This document shows, piece after piece, positions 10,851 to 19,413 of a DNA stretch of 64,000 nt; position 1 is the first letter of the stretch, and the number at the start of each line of letters is the position of its first letter. Location: assembly GCA_963675665.1 (NCBI GenBank), contig OY776510.1, positions 3,200,001 to 3,264,000 of the forward strand, read 5' to 3'. Origin of the DNA: Spirochaetia bacterium. Lineage in GTDB: Bacteria > Spirochaetota > Spirochaetia > UBA9216. Both the position numbers and the translations under genes were made by a program. The notes below the pieces were generated by a model. The model had not been told where the DNA came from. It did no database searches and saw only the letters and a list, made by a program, of their open reading frames with translations.

Positions 10851-10880
10851 AGCTTATCGAAAGCAGCCGCTGTATGTCAA
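10851..10880 (-). promoter_or_regulatory. Sigma70-type promoter for the riboswitch/thi operon
   Basis: TTGACA-N18-TAAGCT ending about 7 nt before the riboswitch. Confidence 0.6.
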
Positions 10881-10964
10881 GTGATGTGATTGGTGAATGA
10901 TGTTTTAATGAAAATCAAAATCAGGGTTTATCAATATTGAGTTTCAATGTATTCTTAAAGACAA

Positions 10965-12035
10965 ATGAACAAGACTGTATTTTTTACCGGCGGCGGAACA
11001 GCCGGGCATGTATATCCCGGGTTGTCCGTAGCGGAAGCGCTTTTAAGAAAAATGCCTGATGCAAGAGTAATCTGGATTGGCTCCAAAAAGGGTATGGAAG
11101 CGAAAATTGTAAGGGCTTCGGGAATAGAGTTTATAGGTATCGCTTCGGGAAAACTCAGAAGATATTTTTCTTTCAGGAATTTCACCGATATTTTCAGGAT
11201 AAACGCCGGGTTAATCAAGGCTTTTTTTATAATGGGCAGGTACCGGCCTGCCGTTGTCTTTTCCAAAGGCGGTTTTGTAAGTGTTCCGCCGGTAATTGCC
11301 GCAGGCCTGCGTAAAATACCTGTCTACTCCCATGAATCGGATGTTACTCCCGGGCTTGCAACAAGAATCAATTCAAGGTTTTCCGAAAAAATCCTTGTTT
11401 CATATGAAAAGACCATGAAATATATAACGTCAGGCAAGGCGGTTCTTACCGGCAACCCGTTGCGTTCGGCGATTTTCAGCGCCGATTCCGATAACGGACG
11501 AAAAATCGCCGGGGCAGGCAATAAAAAGATAATAATGGTTCTCGGCGGAAGCCAGGGGGCCTTGCAGATAAACAGGCTTATTGAACAGTTGCTGCCTGAA
11601 CTTGCCGGTAAATATTTTATAATACACCAGACAGGCAGGCATGATTTTAACAGTGAAATACCCGACGGGTATATGCGACGGGAATATATAAATGAAGAGC
11701 TTCCGGATCTTATGGCGGCTGCAGATATGATAATAAGCCGCGCAGGGGCTTCAACATTGTGGGAAACAGCAGCTCTGGGCAAACCGTCCATTCTGATTCC
11801 TCTGGGTACCGGGGCAAGCCGGGGCGACCAGGCAATGAATGCGGACGTTTTCAGGGAAGCCGGGGCTTCTGTTGTTCTGGAAGGTTTTGTAACGGCAGAG
11901 CAGTTGAAAACCGAAATTGACAGAATCATGAATGATGATAAATTAAAAAGCAGCATGGCCGAAGCTGCATTGCAGCTTGTTAAAGAAAACCCGGCCGAAA
12001 TAATATCAGATTTAATTTTGGAGAGGTTAAAGTAA
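10965..12035 (+). CDS. murG: Undecaprenyl-PP-MurNAc-pentapeptide GlcNAc transferase
   Basis: GGGTAGHVYP, SKGGFVSVP, HESD, GGSQGA, SRAGAST. Confidence 0.97.
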   Translation: MNKTVFFTGGGTAGHVYPGLSVAEALLRKMPDARVIWIGSKKGMEAKIVRASGIEFIGIASGKLRRYFSFRNFTDIFRINAGLIKAFFIMGRYRPAVVFSKGGFVSVPPVIAAGLRKIPVYSHESDVTPGLATRINSRFSEKILVSYEKTMKYITSGKAVLTGNPLRSAIFSADSDNGRKIAGAGNKKIIMVLGGSQGALQINRLIEQLLPELAGKYFIIHQTGRHDFNSEIPDGYMRREYINEELPDLMAAADMIISRAGASTLWETAALGKPSILIPLGTGASRGDQAMNADVFREAGASVVLEGFVTAEQLKTEIDRIMNDDKLKSSMAEAALQLVKENPAEIISDLILERLK

Positions 12036-12535
12036 TGCAGTTCGGAGATTTGACAATAATGCCGATAGATATTTTCTTTTCGGCGATAATACTATTTATG
12101 ACAATAAAGGCGATTATCAGGGGTTTTGTAACCGAGGTGATGAGTATTGCAGCAATCGGGCTCGGTATCCTGCTTGGAGTGCTTTTTTCCGCAATGCTCG
12201 GAGACTTTATAGGTCAGAAATTCGGAGTATCCAACTGGAACCAGGTTGTGGCGTTTCTGATAATATTTCTTGTCAGTTACCTTCTTATAAAGATTTTTGA
12301 AAACGGATTAAATTCCCTGATAGATAAAATCCATCTTGATAAACTCGACCGTTCGCTGGGCCTTTTTTTCGGAATAATTGAAGGCGCAGCGATTGTTATG
12401 ATTGTAGTTTTTATTATTGAAGTACAACCGTTGTTCAATACTGAAAAGATTGAGACTGAAAGCTGGTATATTCAGATGATTCACAGGTTTATTCCGGACG
12501 GCCGGGAAATTCTCGACGAGACGATAGATGTTTGA
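12035..12535 (+). CDS. cvpA: CvpA family membrane protein
   Basis: RGFVTEV and LDRSLGLFFG motifs, 4 TM helices. Confidence 0.85.
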   Translation: MQFGDLTIMPIDIFFSAIILFMTIKAIIRGFVTEVMSIAAIGLGILLGVLFSAMLGDFIGQKFGVSNWNQVVAFLIIFLVSYLLIKIFENGLNSLIDKIHLDKLDRSLGLFFGIIEGAAIVMIVVFIIEVQPLFNTEKIETESWYIQMIHRFIPDGREILDETIDV

Positions 12536-13700
12536 AAATATTATCGGGCAGCAGCGGGTTGTTGAAGAGATTGAAAAAGAAATACTGACAGGGAGCCTGC
12601 CCGGGGCAATGCTGTTCAGCGGAGAACATTATTCCGGAAAGATGTCTGTTGCGCTGGAACTTGCACGTATCCTTTCCTGTACAGGAGACAGAAACTGGAA
12701 CTGTCCATGCAGATCATGTGAAAACCACAGGCAGCTTAACCATCCGTATCTCCAGATACTCGGCAGCAGTTTTTTTATGGACGAGATTTTAACTTGCGCG
12801 GAAATACTGAAAGAATCGCAGCCGTTATATGCGCGGTATATGTTTATCCGCTCGGTCAGAAAACTTCTTAAACGTTTTGATCCTGTTTTGTGGGAAGGTT
12901 CCGAGCCGAAATACAAGCAGGTTGTTGCTAATGCGGTAAAGGCGGAGGATCTGCTTCGTGAGATCAGGATTGACGATGACGGTGTTGATCCCCAGGTACT
13001 GGGCAAGAATGTAGACAGAATAGTTAATGAATGCGCTAAAATCACGGACATCTATAATTCGGGCAATATCCCTATAGATCAGGTAAGACGAATCAACAGC
13101 TGGGCCCATACGGCATCGGAATCAGTTAAAATTGTAATATTTGAGAATGCCGATGCCATGGGAGACTCTTCAAGGAACTCAATGCTGAAGCTTCTTGAAG
13201 AGCCGCCGAACGGGTGTTATTTCATTCTGACTACAAGCAGAAAAGGCGCGATAATTCCGACAATACTGTCCAGAGTCAGAGTCCTGAATTTTCCTCAGAG
13301 AACTGTTGAAGAATCGGCCGAGGTTATCGGTCGTATATTTCGTGAAAAGAATACGATGTACAGAAGCATAAGGGAATATTTTTTAAGCAGAAAAGCCGAC
13401 ACCGGACTGTTACGGGAGCTTTCTGCAAAATTCGTCAATGCTCTTCTTGACGGGAACCCGCCGAAAACTCCTGATGAAGCCGGAGATTTCAAGGCCGTTT
13501 ATAACGGAAAACATTTTTTCGAGCTTTTCATTCAGGAATGTATTGAACTGATACGTGAGGATTTTCAAAAAGGAAATATTGAAGTGAGAAAAGCTGAGCA
13601 GTTGAACCGCCTGTTCAGTCTTACAATGTCGAACCGGGAACAGTATAACCAATCGGCAAGGCTTGTGCTTGAATCTTTGTATTACAGGGGAATAAGTTGA
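12528..13700 (+). CDS. holB: DNA polymerase III delta-prime-like subunit
   Basis: MFENIIGQ, P-loop-like GEHYSGK, Cys4 Zn motif, NSMLKLLEEPP, IIPTILSR. Confidence 0.75.
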   Translation: MFENIIGQQRVVEEIEKEILTGSLPGAMLFSGEHYSGKMSVALELARILSCTGDRNWNCPCRSCENHRQLNHPYLQILGSSFFMDEILTCAEILKESQPLYARYMFIRSVRKLLKRFDPVLWEGSEPKYKQVVANAVKAEDLLREIRIDDDGVDPQVLGKNVDRIVNECAKITDIYNSGNIPIDQVRRINSWAHTASESVKIVIFENADAMGDSSRNSMLKLLEEPPNGCYFILTTSRKGAIIPTILSRVRVLNFPQRTVEESAEVIGRIFREKNTMYRSIREYFLSRKADTGLLRELSAKFVNALLDGNPPKTPDEAGDFKAVYNGKHFFELFIQECIELIREDFQKGNIEVRKAEQLNRLFSLTMSNREQYNQSARLVLESLYYRGIS

Positions 13701-14872
13701 GAAAATTTCTGTCCAGGGCACTGAGTATGCTCGGCAAGCTTGATCAGGAGCAGATCAAAGCCCTGGTTAAAGAGCTTGCAGACGAAAATGAAATACTTGA
13801 AAGCTCAATGCATTCAATGACAGCAGGCGTGATTGTAATCGACAGTACAGGTGTCGTCACATTTGCAAACCGGAGCGTAAAACGAATTATTCCCATATCC
13901 AAAAGCGATCCTACGGATCTTCATTATACAGAAGCTATTCTTGAAGAGGAAATTGTCAGTCTGATTAAAAAGAGTGAGGATGAACAGGACACAATACACG
14001 AAATTGAAATTGCCCTTGATGCCCACGGAAGGTCAAAGTTGATTGCATGCAGCATTCTTCCGCTGCTTCTCAGAAATGAAATTTCGGGAAGTCTTGTTTA
14101 TATAAGAGATATAACGGAAAGAAAACTTGCCGAAGCGAGGTTAAGAAGGGCAGAAAGTCTTGCATCGCTTACGACAATGAGCGCCGGAATGGCACACGAG
14201 ATAAAAAACCCGCTTGGTTCGATAGGAATTCATATACAGCTGATGCAGAAAGCGCTGAATCGAAACGAAAACTGTGAGAAGGATTTTTTCAGTAAAAACC
14301 TGAATATCCTCAGTGAAGAAGTGGAGCGGCTGAACAGTATTGTTGTTGATTTTCTTTTTGCAGTAAGGCCCATGGATGTAAATTTGAAAGAACGCAGCCT
14401 TGAAGCGCTGATGACTGAATCTTTTGAGCTTATAAAGCCTGAACTGCAGGAATTGAATATAGAACTTGAAACCGACTTTGAAAAAGATCTGCCCGTGCTG
14501 CAGCTTGATGACAAGCTTATGAAACAGGCAATACTGAATATTATAAAAAACGCCATGAATGCAATGCCTGACGGCGGGCATCTTTCTGTAAATATTTTCA
14601 AAGAAAGCGACAATGTTGTACTTGTGGTCAAGGATGACGGTGAGGGTATTCCGGAGGAAAATCTCAACAAAATATTTGAACCTTATTTTACCACCAAAGA
14701 TTTTGGTTCCGGCCTCGGTCTTACGCTGGTTTATAAAATTATCAAGGAACATGACGGTGAAATTCAGCTGAAATCAAAGGTGGGAATAGGTACAAGCTTT
14801 ATTATCAGGCTTCCGATTCCTCAAAAAGAAAGACACCTGATCAGCTGGAAAGGGGATGGCAATGAAGTTTAA
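13697..14872 (+). CDS. Cytoplasmic PAS sensor histidine kinase (NtrB/Hk2-like)
   Basis: PAS domain, H-box AHEIKNPL, N-box, DDGEGI, FEPYFTTK, GSGLGL. Confidence 0.9.
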   Translation: MRKFLSRALSMLGKLDQEQIKALVKELADENEILESSMHSMTAGVIVIDSTGVVTFANRSVKRIIPISKSDPTDLHYTEAILEEEIVSLIKKSEDEQDTIHEIEIALDAHGRSKLIACSILPLLLRNEISGSLVYIRDITERKLAEARLRRAESLASLTTMSAGMAHEIKNPLGSIGIHIQLMQKALNRNENCEKDFFSKNLNILSEEVERLNSIVVDFLFAVRPMDVNLKERSLEALMTESFELIKPELQELNIELETDFEKDLPVLQLDDKLMKQAILNIIKNAMNAMPDGGHLSVNIFKESDNVVLVVKDDGEGIPEENLNKIFEPYFTTKDFGSGLGLTLVYKIIKEHDGEIQLKSKVGIGTSFIIRLPIPQKERHLISWKGDGNEV

Positions 14873-16220
14873 TCTGCTGGTTGTTGATGATGAAAAAAAC
14901 ATACGTGAAGGGCTTGGAACTTCGCTGGAAATGGACGGATACCGGGTGCTTCTTGCGGAAAACGGTGAGGAAGCATTTAAAATTTTAAACAGCAGCGATG
15001 TTGATCTTATAATCAGCGACCTGCGAATGCCCGTCATGAGCGGCCAGGAGCTGTTGAAAAAGGTTATTTCGTCATATCCCGGGCTTCCGTTTATTGTCCT
15101 TACCGGTCACGGTACAATAGAAACTGCAGTTACGGCAATGCGCGACGGTGCTTATGATTTTCTGACAAAACCGGTAAACCTAGACAGGCTGACCCTGCTT
15201 GTTAAAAGGGCCCTACAGGGCCGCGAACTTATACTCGAGCACAGGGAACTGAAGGCTGAAGTAGACCGACTAAAATCCAAAAATAAATTCAACCGGATAA
15301 TCGGAAAAAGCAGCGGAATGATGCGCGTAATGCAGGTAGTTGAACAGGTTGCCGCCACGAGGGCTTCCGTCCTTATCACCGGTGAAAGCGGAGTCGGAAA
15401 AGAGCTTATTGCCGATGCCCTGCATGAACTGTCGGACAGAAATGATAAACCGTTTATAAAGGTACATTGCGCCGCCCTTTCGGAAAGTCTTCTGGAAAGC
15501 GAACTGTTCGGTCATGAGAAAGGAGCTTTTACAGGCGCAATATCAAGAAAAAGAGGACGTTTTGAGCTGTCGCACCACGGTTCAATATTTCTTGATGAAA
15601 TCGGGGAAATAAACCAGTCGACGCAGATCAAAATTTTACGGGTTCTTCAGGATAGAAAGTTCGAACGTGTCGGCGGAGAAGAAACAGTAGAAGTAGATAC
15701 AAGAATAATTTCAGCGACAAACAGGGACCTCAAGGAAGAAATAGAAAAAGGCAATTTCAGAGAGGACCTGTTTTACAGACTGAATGTCGTACAGATACAT
15801 GTTCCGCCGCTCAGAGACCGCAAAGAAGATATTTCATTGCTTGCTTCTGAATTCCTGGCTGATTTTATCGAAGAAAACGGAAGACATATAAACGGCTTTG
15901 ATCACAAAGCCATGCTTGTCTTGCACAATCACAGCTGGCCGGGCAATGTAAGGGAGCTGAGAAACTCAATTGAAAGCGCAGTTGTAATGTGCAAGGGAGA
16001 TATAATTACGCCTGAAGACCTGCCTCCGGCAATACAGCAGACTGCGGATCAGAACTGTATAAGAATCTGTACCGGTTCATCGCTTGCCGATGCGGAGAAA
16101 CAGATTATTATTGAAACCCTGAATGCCCAAAAAGGCAATAAAAGCAAAACAGCGGACGTTCTCGGCATCGGCCGGAAGACGCTTCACCGAAAACTGTCGG
16201 AATATGAACTGGATTTATAA
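14862..16220 (+). CDS. Sigma54-dependent response regulator (NtrC/Rrp2-like)
   Basis: REC domain, GESGVGKE, GAFTGA, WPGNVREL, Fis-type HTH. Confidence 0.93.
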   Translation: MKFNLLVVDDEKNIREGLGTSLEMDGYRVLLAENGEEAFKILNSSDVDLIISDLRMPVMSGQELLKKVISSYPGLPFIVLTGHGTIETAVTAMRDGAYDFLTKPVNLDRLTLLVKRALQGRELILEHRELKAEVDRLKSKNKFNRIIGKSSGMMRVMQVVEQVAATRASVLITGESGVGKELIADALHELSDRNDKPFIKVHCAALSESLLESELFGHEKGAFTGAISRKRGRFELSHHGSIFLDEIGEINQSTQIKILRVLQDRKFERVGGEETVEVDTRIISATNRDLKEEIEKGNFREDLFYRLNVVQIHVPPLRDRKEDISLLASEFLADFIEENGRHINGFDHKAMLVLHNHSWPGNVRELRNSIESAVVMCKGDIITPEDLPPAIQQTADQNCIRICTGSSLADAEKQIIIETLNAQKGNKSKTADVLGIGRKTLHRKLSEYELDL

Positions 16221-16221
16221 T

Positions 16222-17064
16222 TTACAGGCCTTGTTCCCGGTCGATAAAGATTGAGCCCGAATATACATAATCGGCTGATCCAGTCAGAAAGACTTCATTG
16301 GACGGCTGCAGCCATTGAAAATAATATTCGCCGAGCTTGTGGGTTATGGTAGCCTGCCTGTCGAGGAACCCGTTCACTACAGATGCCAGCGCAGCGATAG
16401 CGCAGGATGAAGAGAAATCATCGCCTCGGCTGTTTCTTATGCGGACATCAATATCATCGCGGCTGTTTACGGTAGCAAAAATAAGACGCTGACAGTTATC
16501 AAATTGAACGCCTTTGAGCATTGTGTCTGCAAGTTCCTTCATTTTTCCGATGCTGATTGCCTCGGTAAATACAACAAGGCCCGTTTTCTGGAGAAAAACT
16601 TCTGCGGCCGGGAAGTCCCTGCCGTCTACTTTGATATTTATGATATAGTCCGTATCGGGACGTTCAATAAGAGGTCCGCCCTCATTATCAAGCGGGATAC
16701 CGAGAGAAATCCTGAAATTATTACTGTCGATAATACCGATTTCATGGATTGAATTATTAATTTGAAGGGCAAAATCCTTGTTACCTGTTATTCCGGAATC
16801 AAAAATAAACCTCGAGAGGCAGAAAGCTGCGTCTGTTGTCGTTTCAGCGACTGCTCCGGCCGGATCTATAAATACGGCGCTGATTTTTTCCGGGGAAATA
16901 CATTCAACTGCTATCAGCCCGTTACCGCCTATACCGTAATCGCGGCGGCATGTTCTTCTGGCAATTTCCTTTAAAGTGTCAGGTTCCGGAAAAAGACTGT
17001 TGCTGTAGTTTACAAGAATAAGATCATTTCCTGCTGTCTGAAGTTTATAAAAATCAAAATCCAT
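16222..17064 (-). CDS. DapF (diaminopimelate epimerase)-fold protein with degenerate active site
   Basis: FYKLQTAGNDLI, CRRDYGIGGNG and LTGSADYVYSG match DapF, but the MCGNG and ACG(T/S)G motifs are replaced. Confidence 0.7.
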   Translation of the reverse strand: MDFDFYKLQTAGNDLILVNYSNSLFPEPDTLKEIARRTCRRDYGIGGNGLIAVECISPEKISAVFIDPAGAVAETTTDAAFCLSRFIFDSGITGNKDFALQINNSIHEIGIIDSNNFRISLGIPLDNEGGPLIERPDTDYIINIKVDGRDFPAAEVFLQKTGLVVFTEAISIGKMKELADTMLKGVQFDNCQRLIFATVNSRDDIDVRIRNSRGDDFSSSCAIAALASVVNGFLDRQATITHKLGEYYFQWLQPSNEVFLTGSADYVYSGSIFIDREQGL

Positions 17065-17190
17065 GAAACCGAGTATAGCATGTACATTAAGGTTGAAAAA
17101 GTATTTAAAATGCGGTCCGGTATGCGAAAGTTGCTGTAACCGGGTCCTGTCGGGGCCCGAACAAAATTATCACGTATGACGTCGCACGGT

Positions 17191-17664
17191 TCAATTTAGA
17201 AGCGAACTGAAGCTGCTGTCCGAATATCTTGTTAAAAGAATGCGGTCGCCGGGATTGAAGCTGTCGTATTGATCATTATAGAAATTTCTCTGAACCAGAA
17301 TGATCTCAAGTGTTTCATCGGTCTCCGAGAATTCATAGTAAAATTGCATATAATATAAGGATAAAAAGGCCTCAACCTCGATATGGTAATTGTCCAGCGA
17401 ATATTTGAACTCCTTGCTTCTGGTCTGTGACTCAACAGCAACGTTTTCCGGATCCCCCATCCTGCATTTTCCGTTTTCAAAAAACTCAAAGACAACTGTT
17501 TCGCCTCTTGCAGCCGACCGGTTTGATTCAATCGTGCCGCTCCACAGCCCCGAAATATCGGCAGGGTCATCGTTGGAACAGCCGGAAAGAAGCAATATCA
17601 GAATTGCCAATAAGGCAATTCCGGGTTTGTTTCCGGTATTCCTGGAAATAGTATATTTATTCAT
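17191..17664 (-). CDS. Hypothetical lipoprotein
   Basis: Lipobox LSGC, ISGLWSG, beta-rich. Confidence 0.7.
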   Translation of the reverse strand: MNKYTISRNTGNKPGIALLAILILLLSGCSNDDPADISGLWSGTIESNRSAARGETVVFEFFENGKCRMGDPENVAVESQTRSKEFKYSLDNYHIEVEAFLSLYYMQFYYEFSETDETLEIILVQRNFYNDQYDSFNPGDRILLTRYSDSSFSSLLN

Positions 17665-18157
17665 ACTGTAATCCCTCCGGAAAAGTTTTTGCTGCAGAAT
17701 CGTTTTCGTTGTAGCCGGTTCTCATTTCCATGTACAGCTCGTTGCCTTCATATAGTTGCGAATAATCCAGAGGTCCGCCTACCGAGACGACCCTCATGTA
17801 GTAGGCCATCCCTGTTGACAGATCATCACGCTCAAGACTGAATTCAACATTGTAAATACCGAAATACTGTTTAAATTTCAGGCTTTCGCCGTCAAATGAG
17901 TAACGAAAGTAATTCGGGGCGATAAAGTTGTTGGTTGACTGTAAATCTTCAGTCCATTCGGTAACAAATACCGTTCCGTCGGATCGAAAATCGTAATAGC
18001 AGGTGTCTTCGGAATCGACAGTCCAAGTATCGCCGCTCCAGAACCCAATCAGAGATTTTGATTCTTCGCCTAAGAAAAGTTCGTTAAGCAGTCTGCAACC
18101 TGACAAGACAGGCAATAGCAAAGCAGTTGCGGTAATAAAAAGAATGGTTTTTCTCAT
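17657..18157 (-). CDS. Hypothetical lipoprotein
   Basis: Lipobox LSGC, LIGFWSG, GAGG SD upstream, overlaps the next lipoprotein gene by 8 nt. Confidence 0.7.
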   Translation of the reverse strand: MRKTILFITATALLLPVLSGCRLLNELFLGEESKSLIGFWSGDTWTVDSEDTCYYDFRSDGTVFVTEWTEDLQSTNNFIAPNYFRYSFDGESLKFKQYFGIYNVEFSLERDDLSTGMAYYMRVVSVGGPLDYSQLYEGNELYMEMRTGYNENDSAAKTFPEGLQYE

Positions 18158-18357
18158 TTTTTTACCTCACTAGTTTAGATGATTTGATTATATCATAACA
18201 AAGGCATATATTTTGTTAAAAATTACAAGTATACGTTTACAAAACCGGTCTGCTGCTTAAAGAAAATAAACCAACAAAATCCCCGAAAAACTGCGTTGAC
18301 AACGTTTATTTGATATTCAATAATTGTAACCTCTGATAACCCACGTAAGGAACTGTT

Positions 18358-18891
18358 ATGAATGAAAAATATAATATTGATTATGCGATAAGAAAGGTTA
18401 AGGATTTTCCGAAAGAAGGAATTCTTTTTTACGATATCACCAGTATTCTGACAAATCCTGAAGCATTCAGATATTGCATAGACAGTATGGTAAGAATTTA
18501 TGGGAACCATGGGTTTGATGCTGTAGCTGCAGCGGAAGCCCGTGGGTTTCTGTTCGCCGCGCCTTTTTGTGAACGGCTCGGTATTCCGCTGATCCTGATA
18601 AGAAAGAAGGGGAAGCTTCCCGGCAAGGTCATTACAAAAACATACGAACTTGAATATGGAGAAGATTCGATTCAGATTCACAAGGATGATATACCGCAGG
18701 GAGGCAAAGTTCTTCTGGTAGATGATCTTATTGCAACCGGGGGGACTTTGAAAGCCGCAGCTGAACTGCTTGAAGAAGGCGGGGCTGTCGTTACCGACGC
18801 ATTCGGCGTTGTGGGATTGCCGTTTCTGAATTATGATAAACTCTTAACCGGCTTGAAGATAGAGACGTTGATTAACTATCATTCAGAGTAA
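18358..18891 (+). CDS. apt: Adenine phosphoribosyltransferase
   Basis: DFPKEGILFYDI, EARGF, RKKGKLP, LEYG, VDDLIATGGT. Confidence 0.97.
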   Translation: MNEKYNIDYAIRKVKDFPKEGILFYDITSILTNPEAFRYCIDSMVRIYGNHGFDAVAAAEARGFLFAAPFCERLGIPLILIRKKGKLPGKVITKTYELEYGEDSIQIHKDDIPQGGKVLLVDDLIATGGTLKAAAELLEEGGAVVTDAFGVVGLPFLNYDKLLTGLKIETLINYHSE

Positions 18892-18919
18892 ATGAATGGT
18901 TTAATTTGATGTATTACTA

Positions 18920-18948
18920 TTGACACTGACAGGGGTTTTTAGTAGATT
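18920..18948 (+). promoter_or_regulatory. Sigma70 promoter of the tRNA-Gln/tRNA-Glu pair
   Basis: TTGACA-N17-TAGATT, 17 nt before tRNA-Gln. Confidence 0.7.
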
Positions 18949-18965
18949 ACCTCCAACTGATTTTT

Positions 18966-19036
18966 TGCCCGATTGTGTAATGGTAGCACGACGGATTCTG
19001 GTTCCGTTTGTGAGGGTTCAAGTCCTTCTCGGGCAG
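18966..19036 (+). tRNA. tRNA-Gln (CTG)
   Basis: TGCCCGA/TCGGGCA acceptor stem, ACGGA-TT-CTG-GT-TCCGT anticodon arm, GGTTCAAGTCC T arm. Confidence 0.95.
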
Positions 19037-19039
19037 TCT

Positions 19040-19239
19040 AATAAAACTCCTTCGGAGTTTTATTTTGAAGTTTGCAAAGCAAACTTCATGGAACTTAAGT
19101 AGGTTCGTGGATGTTTGTGAAACAAACTGAAATGAAACAAAAAGTGTGGAACTTTGTGAAGTTTTCGAAGAAAACTTTATTTCAACAGGAAAGAGGAAGA
19201 TTTTATGGACGTTTGCGAAGCAAACTCCAAAAAGAATCT
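19040..19239. repeat. Array of five palindromic hairpins with 3-nt loops in the tRNA spacer
   Basis: Stems at 19040-19064, 19066-19088, 19113-19127, 19157-19179, 19211-19225. Confidence 0.8.
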
Positions 19240-19252
19240 GAAGGATTTTTTA

Positions 19253-19324
19253 GGTCCCTTCGTCTATCGGCTAGGACAGGAGATTCTCATTCTTCAAAGA
19301 GGGGTTCGATTCCCCTAGGGACTA
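19253..19324 (+). tRNA. tRNA-Glu (CTC)
   Basis: GGTCCCT/AGGGACT acceptor stem, GGAGA-TT-CTC-AT-TCTTC anticodon arm, GGTTCGATTCC. Confidence 0.95.
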
Positions 19325-19330
19325 AATGAG

Positions 19331-19355
19331 ACCGGCTAAATGCCGGTATTTTTTT
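19331..19355 (+). terminator. Intrinsic terminator after tRNA-Glu
   Basis: ACCGGC-TAAAT-GCCGGT followed by A and T7. Confidence 0.75.
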
Positions 19356-19362
19356 AAATGTT

Positions 19363-19400
19363 TATGTATATTTATGCATAAACATGTATAAATATAAATT
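19363..19400. promoter_or_regulatory. Tandem ARG boxes (ArgR operator) upstream of carA
   Basis: TATGTATATTTATGCATA, 2 bp, then CATGTATAAATATAAATT; matches the 18-bp ARG-box consensus and its tandem spacing. Confidence 0.7.
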
Positions 19401-19413
19401 AAAGGCGGAAGGC

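Noticed and set aside
17110-17190. GC-rich intergenic stretch with hairpin CGGGTCCT/GGGCCCG as a possible riboswitch
   Set aside because: I recognise no riboswitch consensus; it is more simply a 3' stem-loop of the lipoprotein pair, and it lies upstream of the dapF-like promoter.
19037-19252. CRISPR array interpretation of the tRNA-spacer repeats
   Set aside because: The repeats are not identical, the spacing is irregular, there are only two units and no cas genes are present.
18920-19329. ORFs 18920-19102 and 19111-19329
   Set aside because: They overlap the tRNA genes and palindromes and have no SD or recognisable protein features.
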